Source: Candidatus Uhrbacteria bacterium RIFCSPHIGHO2_02_FULL_46_47 (GTDB lineage Bacteria; Patescibacteriota; Patescibacteriia; GWA2-47-26). From it: 64,000 nt of DNA. Under the pieces are notes generated by a model, which worked only from the letters and a program-made list of their open reading frames with translations, had not been told where the DNA came from and did no database searches. The DNA is taken from contig MGDU01000022.1 of NCBI GenBank assembly GCA_001790815.1, positions 108 through 64,107 of the forward strand, read 5' to 3'. The translations under genes and the position numbers were made by a program. Below are positions 8,888 through 18,728 of this stretch, piece by piece. The number at the start of each line of letters is the position of its first letter. The stretch's first letter is position 1.

Positions 8888-9724
8888 ATGCAAAGCCCAC
8901 GCACAGCAGTATTGGCAGGGCTTACCCTTAGCATCGTGCTTAGTTTGGGGCTTAGTGTTTCTGCAGACGAGCTTACCGAGGGCGCCAAGGCGAGCCATGA
9001 TGTGCCGGGGCTTCGTCCCTCGGGTCTTGATCTTGGCTTTACCGCATTCGGGAAAAGAGGAGGATCAACTGAGCTTCAACATCTAGGGCCGTATGCTCGT
9101 TTTTCACTGCGCTTTGAGAACGTTTTCTCCTACACCTCGGTTGGCTATTACGAGGCTTTGCTTGCGTTTCGCCGCCGTGCATTGCTGATTGAACGAGCCG
9201 AGCTTTCCGCGCGCACAGTCTCAGTAGGATAGGGGATCGGCGCTGATCTGGAGCTTGGCCGGGTACGACTGGCGCTGTTTGCCGAGGGTGAGGGAACAGT
9301 TTGGACAAGCGCGGTCGTACTGGAGAAAGTCAAGACTACCAAAGCGCAATACGCACGGCTCGGCGAAGAGTTTCGCAACAAGGTTGACCCTTCCTACCGT
9401 TGGTACTTTGTGCGCACTGGACTGCTTGGAAGCGCGCAGTGGGGTACAGTGGCGCCCTACGCCTCGCTTGGCTATCTCCGGTTTGATGCAAAGTTCGTAG
9501 TTGAGATGGATCCTGATCTTGCAAAAGCCGTACTTGCCATTGGGGTCAAACCTGATGCGGGAAACAAGCACATCGTAAAAGACGTGCCAGCAGGTTTGCT
9601 TGGCGCAGCAGTCAACCTCTCGCGCAAGTGGCTTTTGACCACAAGTGCTGCTTTTGTGCCACTTGATCCTGCTTTTGAAGAGTGGGTTCTTATCTCCAAT
9701 GCCGCCCTTGGTCGGCGGTTCTAG
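8888..9724 (+). pseudogene. GC-rich secreted beta-barrel-like protein (MipA/OmpV-like guess) interrupted by an in-frame TAG at 9230-9232 (cassette B)
   Basis: ORFs 8888-9232 and 9410-9724 are in the same frame, with a single TAG between them. There is a signal peptide, an alternating hydrophobic pattern and a C-terminal ...LGRRF. The segment is GC-rich, with an AAGGAGG Shine-Dalgarno and its own terminator. Confidence 0.45.
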
Positions 9725-9735
9725 CCCTTTTCTTC

Positions 9736-9771
9736 CCGGATCGCTCTGCCCCGCGATCCGGAGCTTTTTTA
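9736..9771 (+). terminator. rho-independent terminator of cassette B
   Basis: ccggatcgctctgccccgcgatccgg followed by agctttttt. Confidence 0.6.
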
Positions 9772-9920
9772 TTAGTTCCTTTTAAAAAACGATAAGGTAT
9801 ACAGGGCGAGTGCGGCGAGCTCCGGCAACCAGACACTCAGCTTTGCTACTCCTAGTTTTGAAGCGAAGGGGACTATCATACTTTCAAATAGTATCTGGAT
9901 ACTCTTAAAAAGTAAAGTAA

Positions 9921-10301
9921 ATGTGCAGTACACATGGACTTTTGTTAAGTGGGTCGGTGCGCTTGTGGGCATCAGACAATGAATTACTTGAGGATGGGAT
10001 TGATGGGGATGGGGATGGGGATGGCGTTGCAGATGCCGACGAAATAGTAAATTTTGTACAGTTTGAGGGGGATCAGTTTGTAACGATTGTAGCCGGTACC
10101 ATAAAAACATTTATTCTCAAAGCAGATACTACCGGCGTTTCAAGTTCAATGGATGATACAGTGCGATTTGATGTAATGGATGAGACAGCCGCAGTTGATG
10201 GTAATGAATTTCAGTGGGATGCACCGACTGTCGGTATAGTTGACCGGTCAGGTACCGGGGTGCCATATCTTCCGGTTATTGGTGGCACGCTTGTGTATTA
10301 G
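9921..10301 (+). CDS. hypothetical acidic protein with a GDGDGDG run
   Basis: A terminator hairpin follows at 10325-10360. The minus-strand ORF 9772-10110 overlaps this call and cannot be excluded. Confidence 0.3.
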   Translation: MCSTHGLLLSGSVRLWASDNELLEDGIDGDGDGDGVADADEIVNFVQFEGDQFVTIVAGTIKTFILKADTTGVSSSMDDTVRFDVMDETAAVDGNEFQWDAPTVGIVDRSGTGVPYLPVIGGTLVY

Positions 10302-10324
10302 TGTTGACCTGATGTGAGATTGAA

Positions 10325-10360
10325 TAAAGGACAGTCCCGCTTCTGCGGGACTGTCCTTTT
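10325..10360. terminator. bidirectional stem-loop terminator
   Basis: aaaggacagtcccgc ttct gcgggactgtcctttt. Confidence 0.6.
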
Positions 10361-10403
10361 GTGATATAAAATTACACTGACTTGACAAAAAATGGCATTA
10401 GGA

Positions 10404-10427
10404 TATCCTGTACATATATGTACAGGA
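10404..10427. promoter_or_regulatory. perfect 24-bp palindrome overlapping the AbiEi start codon (putative autoregulatory operator)
   Basis: atcctgtacatatatgtacaggat; TTGACA lies at 10382-10387 just upstream. Confidence 0.45.
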
Positions 10428-11035
10428 TAAAGAAGCACAAAATCTTCCATATTTCCCTTCCGCCTTTGGATCGTATTGCCGCGCTTGCGCGGCTTGGGCA
10501 AGAGGTGTTCCACGCGAGCGATCTTGCCAATCTTTGGCAGATACGGGATCCCAATACTCTTTACACCACTCTTAAGCGATATACTCAAAAAGGGCTTATT
10601 TTTCGGATCCATAAAGGTATGTATTCGATTAGGCCGCTTGATGAGATTGATCCTCTTTTGCTTGGGGTCAAAGCACTTCACCGCTTTGCATATGTAAGTA
10701 CGGAGACCATGCTTGCGCAGTACGGGGTGATTCAACAAAAAATTACCGCGATTACATTAGTATCAGACATTTCTAAGCGATTTTCAATTGGATCGCATCA
10801 TTACGTATGTCGAAAACTCAAAGATCGTTACCTTTATAATACTGCGGGGACTGTCACACAGAACAGCGTAAGGCGCGCTACTCTTGCGCGGGCAGTTGCT
10901 GATATGTTGTATTTTAATTTGCGGGCTTATTTTGACAACTTGAACCATATTGATTGGGATGCAGTGCGCGTGCTTCAAAAAAAAATAGGATATCCTTTAA
11001 CTCCGTCTCGCTATGTTTCTTCCAAAACAAAGTGA
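10418..11035 (+). CDS. AbiEi-family antitoxin (type IV TA), pair 1
   Basis: Sequence similarity to the AbiEi N-terminal domain (LARLGQEVFHASDLANLW..IRPLDEIDP), upstream of and overlapping an AbiEii gene. The start is taken at the internal ATG at 10418; the track ORF begins at TTG 10382. Confidence 0.6.
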   Translation: MYRIKKHKIFHISLPPLDRIAALARLGQEVFHASDLANLWQIRDPNTLYTTLKRYTQKGLIFRIHKGMYSIRPLDEIDPLLLGVKALHRFAYVSTETMLAQYGVIQQKITAITLVSDISKRFSIGSHHYVCRKLKDRYLYNTAGTVTQNSVRRATLARAVADMLYFNLRAYFDNLNHIDWDAVRVLQKKIGYPLTPSRYVSSKTK

Positions 11036-11768
11036 TGCCATACATAAGGCCTGGCTCTATCGTCTCCTTTCCGCAATTTACAACTCTCCCGAGCTTGCCA
11101 CAGTTTTGTATTTCAAAGGCGGAACTTGCGCCGCCATGCTGGGATGGCTTGATCGTTTTTCTATTGATTTAGATTTTGATTACGCCGGGGGAAAAAATGA
11201 GATAGTTAAAGTCCGAAGCATGCTTGAGCAGATATTTGCCGATCTTAATCTGGAGATTAAAGATTCGAGCCGTAAAACATTGCAATATTTTTTGCGCTAT
11301 CCTGTTGCACAAAAAGATATGCGCAATACAATTAAAATTGATACCACTTTTCCTTTACTAAAATCAAATCAATATGCCCCGCAACAGTTGGCCGATATTG
11401 ATCGTACTATTATATGCCAGACGAAAGAAACGATGTTTGCTAACAAACTCGTCGCTTTGATTGAGCGCTATGAGCTGCGCGAGGCAATTGCTAGCCGCGA
11501 TCTTTATGATGTCCATCATTTTTTTATGCAGGGGTTTCGGTATCACGCGCCGGTAATTTACGAACGGCGTAAAACAAAAAACCTGGCCGCATTTTTCAAA
11601 ATGCTTATTCAATTTGTGGATAAGCATATTACGCAGCGAATTATTGATCAGGATCTCAATGTACTTTTATCGCCTGACCATTTTCGCCGCGCGCGCCGGC
11701 ATCTTAAGCGCGAGACACTAATGTTTTTACGTGATGAATTGCAGCGTATTGAAGGGAAGAATAAGTGA
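11013..11768 (+). CDS. AbiEii/AbiGii-family nucleotidyltransferase toxin, pair 1
   Basis: YFKGGTCAAMLGWLDRFSIDLDFDY motif (DUF1814-type). Confidence 0.7.
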   Translation: MFLPKQSDAIHKAWLYRLLSAIYNSPELATVLYFKGGTCAAMLGWLDRFSIDLDFDYAGGKNEIVKVRSMLEQIFADLNLEIKDSSRKTLQYFLRYPVAQKDMRNTIKIDTTFPLLKSNQYAPQQLADIDRTIICQTKETMFANKLVALIERYELREAIASRDLYDVHHFFMQGFRYHAPVIYERRKTKNLAAFFKMLIQFVDKHITQRIIDQDLNVLLSPDHFRRARRHLKRETLMFLRDELQRIEGKNK

Positions 11769-11809
11769 ACATTTTAAAATCTGCATTGCTGTGATATCAT
11801 GTACTCGAT

Positions 11810-12364
11810 ATGATCGCGTATCTCAAAGGACAAGTGAGAATGCGGGGGAAGGATAGCGTTGTTGTTGTAATTGATAATGTTGGATATGAAGTATTTTTGC
11901 CTGCGCTGGCTTTGGAAAAGGCAAAAGTAGGGGAGGAGCGGGAGTTTTTTACGCATGAATATTTGCGGGAAAATGCGCGGGAGCTGTATGGATTTCCAAC
12001 TAAAGAAGAATTGGGGTTGTTTCGGGATTTGATGAAAGTATCCGGGGTGGGGCCAAAAATGGCATTGAATGTTTTGTCGCTTGGCGCTTCTCGCGTGCGT
12101 GAGGCGATTACCAAAGGTGATGCCGGAATTTTAGGATCAGTTTCCGGAGTTGGCAAAAAAACCGCGCAGAAAATCGTGCTGGAGCTCAAGGGGACTATTG
12201 AGATGGGAGACATCAGTTCGCAGTTCACAGAAGAAGCACTTGACGCATTGCGTCGCTTGGGCTACAGTCAGCGTGAAGCCAGCGAGGCGCTGAGCAATGT
12301 GCAAGATGCGGAAACCACGGAAGAAAAAATCAAAGCCGCTTTGAAGATTCTTGGCAAACGATAA
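11810..12364 (+). CDS. ruvA: Holliday junction DNA helicase RuvA
   Basis: MIAYLKGQV..VIDNVGYEVF...GVGPKMALNVLS...VSGVGKKTAQKIVLELKG. Confidence 0.85.
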   Translation: MIAYLKGQVRMRGKDSVVVVIDNVGYEVFLPALALEKAKVGEEREFFTHEYLRENARELYGFPTKEELGLFRDLMKVSGVGPKMALNVLSLGASRVREAITKGDAGILGSVSGVGKKTAQKIVLELKGTIEMGDISSQFTEEALDALRRLGYSQREASEALSNVQDAETTEEKIKAALKILGKR

Positions 12365-12385
12365 TTTGACATTTGTGAAGAGGTA

Positions 12386-12676
12386 ATGGTAAGATATAAT
12401 AATATGGATACGGCAATTAATTTTACCACTGAAATATGGAGGGATGGCGGGCATTTTGTGGCTTGGACGCCGGAGTTGGATGTTTCAAGCATGGGGAATA
12501 CTATTGATGAGGCGCGTAAAAATTTGCGCGAAGCAATGGGGCTTTTTGTGGATGAAGCTGAACACATGGGAACGCTCCGCGATATTCTGGAGGAGTCCGG
12601 CTATGTGCGGAGTGTGGAGGGATGGCGCGCTCCGGAGATACTTGCGATTGAGAAAATGAGTGTTGCGGTTTCATAA
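12386..12676 (+). CDS. hicB: HicB-family antitoxin
   Basis: EIWRDGGHFVAWTPELDVSSMGNTIDEARKNLREAMGLF; paired with the downstream HicA. Confidence 0.65.
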   Translation: MVRYNNMDTAINFTTEIWRDGGHFVAWTPELDVSSMGNTIDEARKNLREAMGLFVDEAEHMGTLRDILEESGYVRSVEGWRAPEILAIEKMSVAVS

Positions 12677-12688
12677 CCTGCAAGCTGT

Positions 12689-12919
12689 GTGCCAAAGATT
12701 GTTGCACTGCATTATAGAAAACTTGTGCGCGTTTTTGAGCAGGATGGATTTACCGTAGCGCGCCAAGAAGGAAGTCATATTGTGCTTACCAAACAGGGGA
12801 TCTTAAGGCCGGTGGTAATCCCGACCTATGATGAGATCCCTGTTTTCATTATTAAAAACTGTTTACGGACTGCAAGGATGAGCAGGGATAGATATTTTGA
12901 ACTGTTAGAAAACATGTGA
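12689..12919 (+). CDS. hicA: HicA-family mRNA interferase toxin
   Basis: 76 aa with VRVFEQDGFTVARQEGSHIVLTK. Confidence 0.65.
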   Translation: MPKIVALHYRKLVRVFEQDGFTVARQEGSHIVLTKQGILRPVVIPTYDEIPVFIIKNCLRTARMSRDRYFELLENM

Positions 12920-12929
12920 TTATAATTAT

Positions 12930-14027
12930 ATGATGGTTGAAATTAATGATCAAAAAGTTTGGAACGAATGGTTGCTTTCCCAACGAATGCAAACCGGGAT
13001 TTTTTTGCAAAGTTGGGAGTGGGGGGAATTTCAAAAAACAGTCGGGCACAAGGTGCATCGCTATCTAAATCAAGATAAAGATACGATTGCACGATTGCGC
13101 AATCGTGAAATAGCGCAAGTTATTGAATTGCCATTGCCGCTTGGAAAAAAGTATTGGTTTATCCCCCGCGGGGAAGCTTTGCCTGGCCTTGTGGGAGAAG
13201 CACAAAAGCATGGAGTATGGTTTATCCGCTTTGAACCTATTACGAGTGATGGGTTACGAGTTAAGAGTTATGTGAAAACACGGGATATAAGTCCGCCGCA
13301 AACACTCATTATTGATTTGGGTAAAAGTGAAGAGGAGTTGCTTGCGCAAATGCACGAGAAAACGCGATACAATGTGCGACTTGCGATTAGGAAAGGTGTG
13401 GAAGTGCGTTTTTCCGCCAAAGGCGGATCCGCCTCGGGCGGAGAAGAATTTTGGAAACTAATGCAGGAGACGGCAAAGCGTGATAAGTTTAGCACGCATC
13501 CGCGGGAGTATTATGAAAAAATGCTAGAGGTGCTTAGCAATTACCCCTCACCTCAATCCTCTCCCACACGGGGAGAGGAAGAGAAAGACAATCCCTCTCC
13601 CTTAGGGAGAGGGGAAAAAACAAACACCCCTCTTAAGGTAAGAGGGGATGGGGGAGTTATGCATGTTCGTCTCCATATGGCCTATCAGGGCATTACTCCG
13701 GTTGCCGGAGCAATCGTGGGTTATTTTGGCGACACCGCAACCTATCTTCACGGCGCTTCCTCATACGAGCATCGCGCGGCAATGGGACCCTATGCTTTGC
13801 ACTTCCAAATCATGAAAGAGGCGAAAAAAGAAGGGTACAAATTTTATGATTTTTGGGGAGTCAATACTACATACTACAAACTACATACTACGAACTCATG
13901 GGCGGGCATGACGCGATTTAAAACGGGATTTGGTGGACAAGTTGTAGATTATCCCGGCACCTTTGACTTGCCACTTAACAAATTTTGGTATACAGTGTAT
14001 CGGCTTGGAAGAAGAATGCTCCCATAG
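12930..14027 (+). CDS. FemAB-family peptidoglycan bridge-forming peptidyltransferase with in-frame repeat inserts
   Basis: The N- and C-terminal halves resemble FemX/FemA (HEKTRYNVRLAIRKGVEV, YLHGASSYEHRAAMGPYALHFQIM). Inserts lie at 13545-13662 (PSP-GEG) and 13861-13893 (TTYYKLHTT). Confidence 0.7.
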   Translation: MMVEINDQKVWNEWLLSQRMQTGIFLQSWEWGEFQKTVGHKVHRYLNQDKDTIARLRNREIAQVIELPLPLGKKYWFIPRGEALPGLVGEAQKHGVWFIRFEPITSDGLRVKSYVKTRDISPPQTLIIDLGKSEEELLAQMHEKTRYNVRLAIRKGVEVRFSAKGGSASGGEEFWKLMQETAKRDKFSTHPREYYEKMLEVLSNYPSPQSSPTRGEEEKDNPSPLGRGEKTNTPLKVRGDGGVMHVRLHMAYQGITPVAGAIVGYFGDTATYLHGASSYEHRAAMGPYALHFQIMKEAKKEGYKFYDFWGVNTTYYKLHTTNSWAGMTRFKTGFGGQVVDYPGTFDLPLNKFWYTVYRLGRRMLP

Positions 14028-14045
14028 TTTCGTCGTTCTTTTCTT

Positions 14046-14117
14046 GCCCCTATAGTTCAACGGACAGAATGCAGGCCTCCGAAGCCTGATATCCACGTTC
14101 GATTCGTGGTGGGGGCA
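14046..14117 (+). tRNA. tRNA-Arg (anticodon CCG), no encoded CCA
   Basis: Manual cloverleaf: acceptor GCCCCTA/TGGGGGC, D-stem GTTC/GAAT, anticodon stem CAGGC/GCCTG with loop CTCCGAA, T-arm CCACG-TTCGATT-CGTGG, discriminator A. Confidence 0.75.
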
Positions 14118-14206
14118 GAGAAAGAGCTGAGAGGGTTCGCCGTGCACCACGTAGGGTGCATGGCGCCGTGAACATTGCATGGTTCACTGGCGATTCCTAC
14201 TGGGAG

Positions 14207-14239
14207 CAAAAAAGACCCCGCAATATGCGGGGTCTTTTT
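14207..14239. terminator. bidirectional terminator between tRNA-Arg and the 14269 gene
   Basis: aaaaagaccccgc aatat gcggggtcttttt. Confidence 0.6.
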
Positions 14240-14240
14240 G

Positions 14241-14268
14241 GTACGCCGGCTAAAGACCGGCGGCTACA
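14241..14268. repeat. R2-family hairpin element (half copy) abutting the stop of the 14269 gene
   Basis: gtacgccggctaaagaccggcggctac. Confidence 0.55.
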
Positions 14269-16734
14269 TTATTTCTTCTCTTCTAGCTTCTTTTTTAATT
14301 CTTCCAAGCGGTCTTTGGCCTGTTGATTGTCCGGATTGAGTTCCACAACTTTTTGAATTTGTTCAATTGCTTTTTCAATATCACCTTGCTCCTCGTATAT
14401 TTGTGCCAAAAACCAGCGCGCGTTGGAGAAGTTTTCAGCAAGACGTACTGCTTCCTCAAGTTCTACTTGTGCAGCATCCTTGCGCTGATTTTGCAAAAGG
14501 TACAGGCCGATTTCATAACGAAGCGCGGAGTCATTTTGGGCAACTGCTTGAGCGCGGCGATAGGCTTGAATCGCTCCTTCTACGTCTTGTTTTTGCGCTA
14601 AAAGACGCGCGAGTTCAAGATGAGCAAAGACGTAGTTGGGGCGAATGTTTGCAGCTTTGCGCAATAGTTCCTCCGCAGACTGAGTGAGCAGTTTGGTCTC
14701 TTCCTCTTTAGCGCCAGATGTGGCAAGCGCTTTTGCTACGCCAAGATTTACAAGTAAGGAAGGGTCTGATGGCGAAAGTTCTAAGGCCCTGCTAAATGCG
14801 TCAACCGCAGCCAGCGCCGCGCCGCCTGTGATTGGACTAATATCAAGATAGACTGAGCCAAGCATTATCCAGTTGGTAGAGTTTTGGGGAGCAAGTTCTG
14901 TTGCGCGTCTTGCGGAAGCGAGTATTTTGTCAGTAATATCGCGAAGCTCTTGGAGAGCGGTTTGTGTTTCTTTATCTGACGGCGCTTCGGCAAGTTTTTG
15001 GCGCAACAGTCCCCGGCGTGTTTCTGTCAGTAGCCGCAAATAGGAATCGTTCCATGGATCAAGGCGCGTAGCTTTTGTCAGGTATGATTCAGTAGTACTG
15101 AGATTTGAGATGCCAATGGTAGCGCCTTTGAGAACTGTCGCTTCTGCGAATGCGCGGCGCCCTTGAAGTGTGAAAAGCCCAAGCACAAGCAGTATGATAA
15201 GTGATCCCACAGTTGGGCGTGCCAGTCCGACTAAATTTAATTTTAGAGGACGTAAATTTAGATGAGCAAGCATGAGTCCCAGAAGCGTGTCAAAGAAAAA
15301 TTTGGCTGCAAGCGGCATGGGCACAAGCCAGGCGCCGACAAACAGCGCGACTCCGGCTGCAAAAAGAGCGGTTTCCTCGGTAGTGGATTCTTTGCGCCAC
15401 TTCTGCCAGCCGTAGGATACCAGCACGGAGAGAACCGTGAGAATGAGGAGTCCGGTTCCTATAAAACCCAAAGTAGCAAGCCAAGTTAGACCCGTGGATG
15501 AGCCCCAATCGAATGAAATATTCCAAAATGGAGTTTGTAAAATAGGAAGCGAGCGGAAGCGCAAGTAATCCGCGCTAAAGGTGGCAGGACCTGAACCCAA
15601 AAGCGGATGCGCGCCCAGAGTTTGCAGAGCAATAGACCAGGTTTCGCGGTGCGACGGGCCAACCTCTAGCGGTGTTTTCAAAAAGTTCAAAAACGGCCGT
15701 ACAGCAAGCACAATAGAAAGCAGTGTGCCAAGCGTAATAAGAAGGATCGCAGTGGGCGGCGTGCGTTTCTCACTTTTTTTCAGTTGGCGCAGGGCAAGCA
15801 GGCCTAGACCAACCGCCACTATAATGAGCGGCGCGCGAAAACCGGTTCCGACAATAAGCAATGCCGGAGGGACAAGTGCGATAAGAGTACTAGCGATTGC
15901 CCGGCGTGAGGAAGCATTTAAGAGACGTCCGACTCCCAGCACAATTGTAGCGGCCGCAATCATGGTTGCGGTTGTGGTGGTGCCCGCAGGATTGAAACCT
16001 TGAGAGGGAATAAAACGGTATATGTTCAATCCTAAAAGAGAGATGATAGTGATAAGGGAGAGTACGCTTCCAGAAGCGATAAGTGCAAGATAGGGTAGTT
16101 TTGAATTTTCCCGTCCTCCGTGATAGGTAAGGAGAATCCAAAGCCCAAGGAGCAGTAAACTGAATACAGCGATTGATTCAGTGCCGCCATATCCAAATAA
16201 TCCTTGATGTCGCAGTCCTGATTGCCAAGCACTGATTGTTGCGAACACAATAGTTGCAATGCCGAGAGGTACGAAAAGATGACGCGGGATAAAGTCAATG
16301 AATTTTCTTTTTAAGGCATTTTTGAGAACGAGTATCACTGCGATGCCTACTGCAAGCGATAGAAAGAGTTGTTTTGAAAATTCAGCGGTAAGACTCCATG
16401 GCGTCGCGATAAATGGAAAAAAGAAAATAGCAATTGCCGCGGCAATGCATTGCCAAGGCAGGCGTGAAGTCGCAGATTTTTCCGACACCGGCGACACAGC
16501 TACTTGTGTCATCTGCGGAGGGGAGATTTGTGGTTTTTCCTTGAGCTCATGATACCAGGGTTCTCTGATCGGCGGGGCTGGTATTTTCCGTATGGTTCTT
16601 ACAGATCTTCGGACCGGCGCTTTTGTAGTCCGCGCGCCAGTCTCGCTACGCGATACGGCGCGGGACTTTGTCTCGCGCACAGGTGCGCTCGACTCCGCCT
16701 TTTTAGTTGTTGTTTTTGTTTTCGCTGTAGGCAT
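14269..16734 (-). CDS. multi-pass membrane protein with an O-antigen-ligase-like core and C-terminal TPR repeats
   Basis: 821 aa with a basic N-terminus, ten or more predicted TM helices, and repeated TPR-like AxxxLxxAIxxY units at the C-terminus. Confidence 0.5.
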   Translation of the reverse strand: MPTAKTKTTTKKAESSAPVRETKSRAVSRSETGARTTKAPVRRSVRTIRKIPAPPIREPWYHELKEKPQISPPQMTQVAVSPVSEKSATSRLPWQCIAAAIAIFFFPFIATPWSLTAEFSKQLFLSLAVGIAVILVLKNALKRKFIDFIPRHLFVPLGIATIVFATISAWQSGLRHQGLFGYGGTESIAVFSLLLLGLWILLTYHGGRENSKLPYLALIASGSVLSLITIISLLGLNIYRFIPSQGFNPAGTTTTATMIAAATIVLGVGRLLNASSRRAIASTLIALVPPALLIVGTGFRAPLIIVAVGLGLLALRQLKKSEKRTPPTAILLITLGTLLSIVLAVRPFLNFLKTPLEVGPSHRETWSIALQTLGAHPLLGSGPATFSADYLRFRSLPILQTPFWNISFDWGSSTGLTWLATLGFIGTGLLILTVLSVLVSYGWQKWRKESTTEETALFAAGVALFVGAWLVPMPLAAKFFFDTLLGLMLAHLNLRPLKLNLVGLARPTVGSLIILLVLGLFTLQGRRAFAEATVLKGATIGISNLSTTESYLTKATRLDPWNDSYLRLLTETRRGLLRQKLAEAPSDKETQTALQELRDITDKILASARRATELAPQNSTNWIMLGSVYLDISPITGGAALAAVDAFSRALELSPSDPSLLVNLGVAKALATSGAKEEETKLLTQSAEELLRKAANIRPNYVFAHLELARLLAQKQDVEGAIQAYRRAQAVAQNDSALRYEIGLYLLQNQRKDAAQVELEEAVRLAENFSNARWFLAQIYEEQGDIEKAIEQIQKVVELNPDNQQAKDRLEELKKKLEEKK

Positions 16735-16737
16735 ATT

Positions 16738-16825
16738 AAAATAGAGAATTATGAATTATGAATTATGAATCATGAAAAATCAACATCCATAATTCCTAAT
16801 TCATACTTCCTGATTCTGAATCATT
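16738..16825. repeat. inverted-repeat element of the GAATTATGAA family
   Basis: gaattatgaattatgaattatgaatcatg...cataattcctaattcatacttcctgattctgaatc; the same family recurs at 52067-52143. Confidence 0.6.
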
Positions 16826-18728
16826 GTACCACACCTTTTCCGCGCCCGAAAGGGTCAGCTTCAAGGGAGGAGGAAAGTGATGGCGCATCAGTGGAAAAAA
16901 CCGTTTGCATAATAGTATCTGTCGCTTGCGCGCGAGAAACCCCAAGGAGCAAGAGTAATTTTCCACGATCATCCTCCTTTGGTTTGGCGATCACTGAAAA
17001 CTCAGCAGAAAGCTCAGGAGTCGTGATTGGCATGCGCGGCACATCCCATCTGACTTCGCGCGCACTTTCATTGAAAGACAATTTTCCTTCCTGTGCTAGT
17101 TGCGCGCCTGACCATTTTACTCCTTCCGGAAGATTGGCAATTACAGCAATCTCAGAAAGATCATGAAAAGTATTTTTGATTTTGAATCTTACTGTAAATT
17201 TTGTCTCTTGTCCGACTTTTGGCGGAAGCGGTCCAGACCCTTGCGGCGTACCGGTTGCACTAAAGTAACGCGCCTCGGAGGCAAGCGTAAGATCAGAAAC
17301 TATCGTAAGTTTGAACTTAGGGGTGCGGATGGATCCATCTTTGTAAAGTGCCTGTGCTTCAAGCTCAATAAATGGCGACGCATGAAGCGGCGCACTTTTC
17401 ATCAGCGGAAGTGTTGCCGAAAGTTCAGTGCTCTGTCCCGGATTGAGTGTGATTTCGTCTACCGCAGGAAATGTAATCGTACTTCCGGCAATGATTCCTT
17501 CGTGGGCGTTTGCATTTTTCCAATCAATAAGATCGCTTGTAACAGGAATCGTGAGATGAAGTCCTGAAATTGGCTCGCTTGCGCGATTTTGAAGTTTTAA
17601 AGCGAGGCGAAAAGTATCGCCAAGACGCAGCCATTTTATTTCCGGATTGTTATTAATAAAAAGATCAAGCTGAAGATCTGATCCTTTAACCTCGATCGTT
17701 TGCTGTTCTTTCCCTAAAGGATATAAACGTGCTGTTCCTTCTGTTTTTGAAACCTCAATAACTAGGTCTTGCGCTCCTTGAGCACTGCTCAAAAAGGTTC
17801 CCTTAAATTTTATTTCCTTCTTTTCTCCGGGCAATAGCGTTTGAAGCGCCCAGACTCCTTTGTCGACTTTTGGATCTGTGTCATCAAGAATAAATGTGGA
17901 AGGAGGAGTAAGTGTTGCTTGCACATTATCAAAAGTTTCGTCAGTTTCATTTTTAATTTCTCCCCGTATCTCCAGTTCTTCTCCGGGCACTGTTGAAGCT
18001 GGACCGCTAAGTAAGATATGCACTCCATGAGCCCGAATGGTAAAGGTGTGAGTTTTTGAGGTTTTAAATTCAGCATTAAAGTCCGCTGGCTTATAGGAGA
18101 ATATGGATTGTAGTTCAAGCGTGTCATCTACAAATCCGTAAGGAATGAGCCTAAGGCGTAACTCACCGCTTGAGCGGGCAGGAATTGTTCCAAAATTCCA
18201 CTCCAGACGACCATTTTCAGGTTTGGGAGACGCTTCTTTGAGAAGTATGTTATCAGGAAGGCGCAGACGCAGCGCTCCGAAGGCGAGCGGTTTTCGATCG
18301 GAATTTTTATAGGTGATGATGACCTCTTGTGGAACGCCGGAAACCACCTCTTGGGGTCCATCCAAGCTCAAGGTTATTTCTCCGCCACCTTTACCTTGCG
18401 TGCCAAAGAAAAAAAATCCGAGCCAGGACGCGGTGATTACTGTTGCAAGAAACAAAATAATGCCGAAAAGCAAGCGCGTGGTTCGCCGATGGTATTCATG
18501 CTCAAGATGGCTCATATCCGGTAGTTTGCCTTTCTTGTCTTGATAGATGAAGCGCAACTCTTGATCAAGAGCTCGCCCTTTATAGAAATGGTGTTTTCGC
18601 ATACGATTAAAGACGATACAGAATTGCGGAGTTCGCAATAGTTTTATCAAGCACTCCGGTAAAATTCCAGCCAGAAGCCTGCCAAACTCCTTCCCCGCCT
18701 CCACTGATAATCTGCAGTTGCGGATCAA
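16821..18728 (-). CDS. hypothetical membrane-anchored exported protein
   Basis: 635 aa with a single N-terminal TM (LLFGIILFLATVITASWLGFFFF). The true start is probably internal (MRKHH or MSHLEH), so it would not overlap the next gene. Confidence 0.4.
   Translation of the reverse strand: MIRNCRLSVEAGKEFGRLLAGILPECLIKLLRTPQFCIVFNRMRKHHFYKGRALDQELRFIYQDKKGKLPDMSHLEHEYHRRTTRLLFGIILFLATVITASWLGFFFFGTQGKGGGEITLSLDGPQEVVSGVPQEVIITYKNSDRKPLAFGALRLRLPDNILLKEASPKPENGRLEWNFGTIPARSSGELRLRLIPYGFVDDTLELQSIFSYKPADFNAEFKTSKTHTFTIRAHGVHILLSGPASTVPGEELEIRGEIKNETDETFDNVQATLTPPSTFILDDTDPKVDKGVWALQTLLPGEKKEIKFKGTFLSSAQGAQDLVIEVSKTEGTARLYPLGKEQQTIEVKGSDLQLDLFINNNPEIKWLRLGDTFRLALKLQNRASEPISGLHLTIPVTSDLIDWKNANAHEGIIAGSTITFPAVDEITLNPGQSTELSATLPLMKSAPLHASPFIELEAQALYKDGSIRTPKFKLTIVSDLTLASEARYFSATGTPQGSGPLPPKVGQETKFTVRFKIKNTFHDLSEIAVIANLPEGVKWSGAQLAQEGKLSFNESAREVRWDVPRMPITTPELSAEFSVIAKPKEDDRGKLLLLLGVSRAQATDTIMQTVFSTDAPSLSSSLEADPFGRGKGVVQ

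Noticed and set aside
9230-9232. Considered stop-codon reassignment of TAG to explain the in-frame TAG in 8888-9724.
   Set aside because: TAG terminates other good genes in the window (for example 8165-8812 ends ...YVL-TAG) and TGA ends ileS. A standard code with a pseudogene is more parsimonious.
9772-10110. Minus-strand His/Pro-rich ORF overlapping 9921-10301.
   Set aside because: Its HPHPHP segment is the antisense reading of the GDGDGDG codons. The plus ORF has a downstream terminator. Kept only as an alternative.
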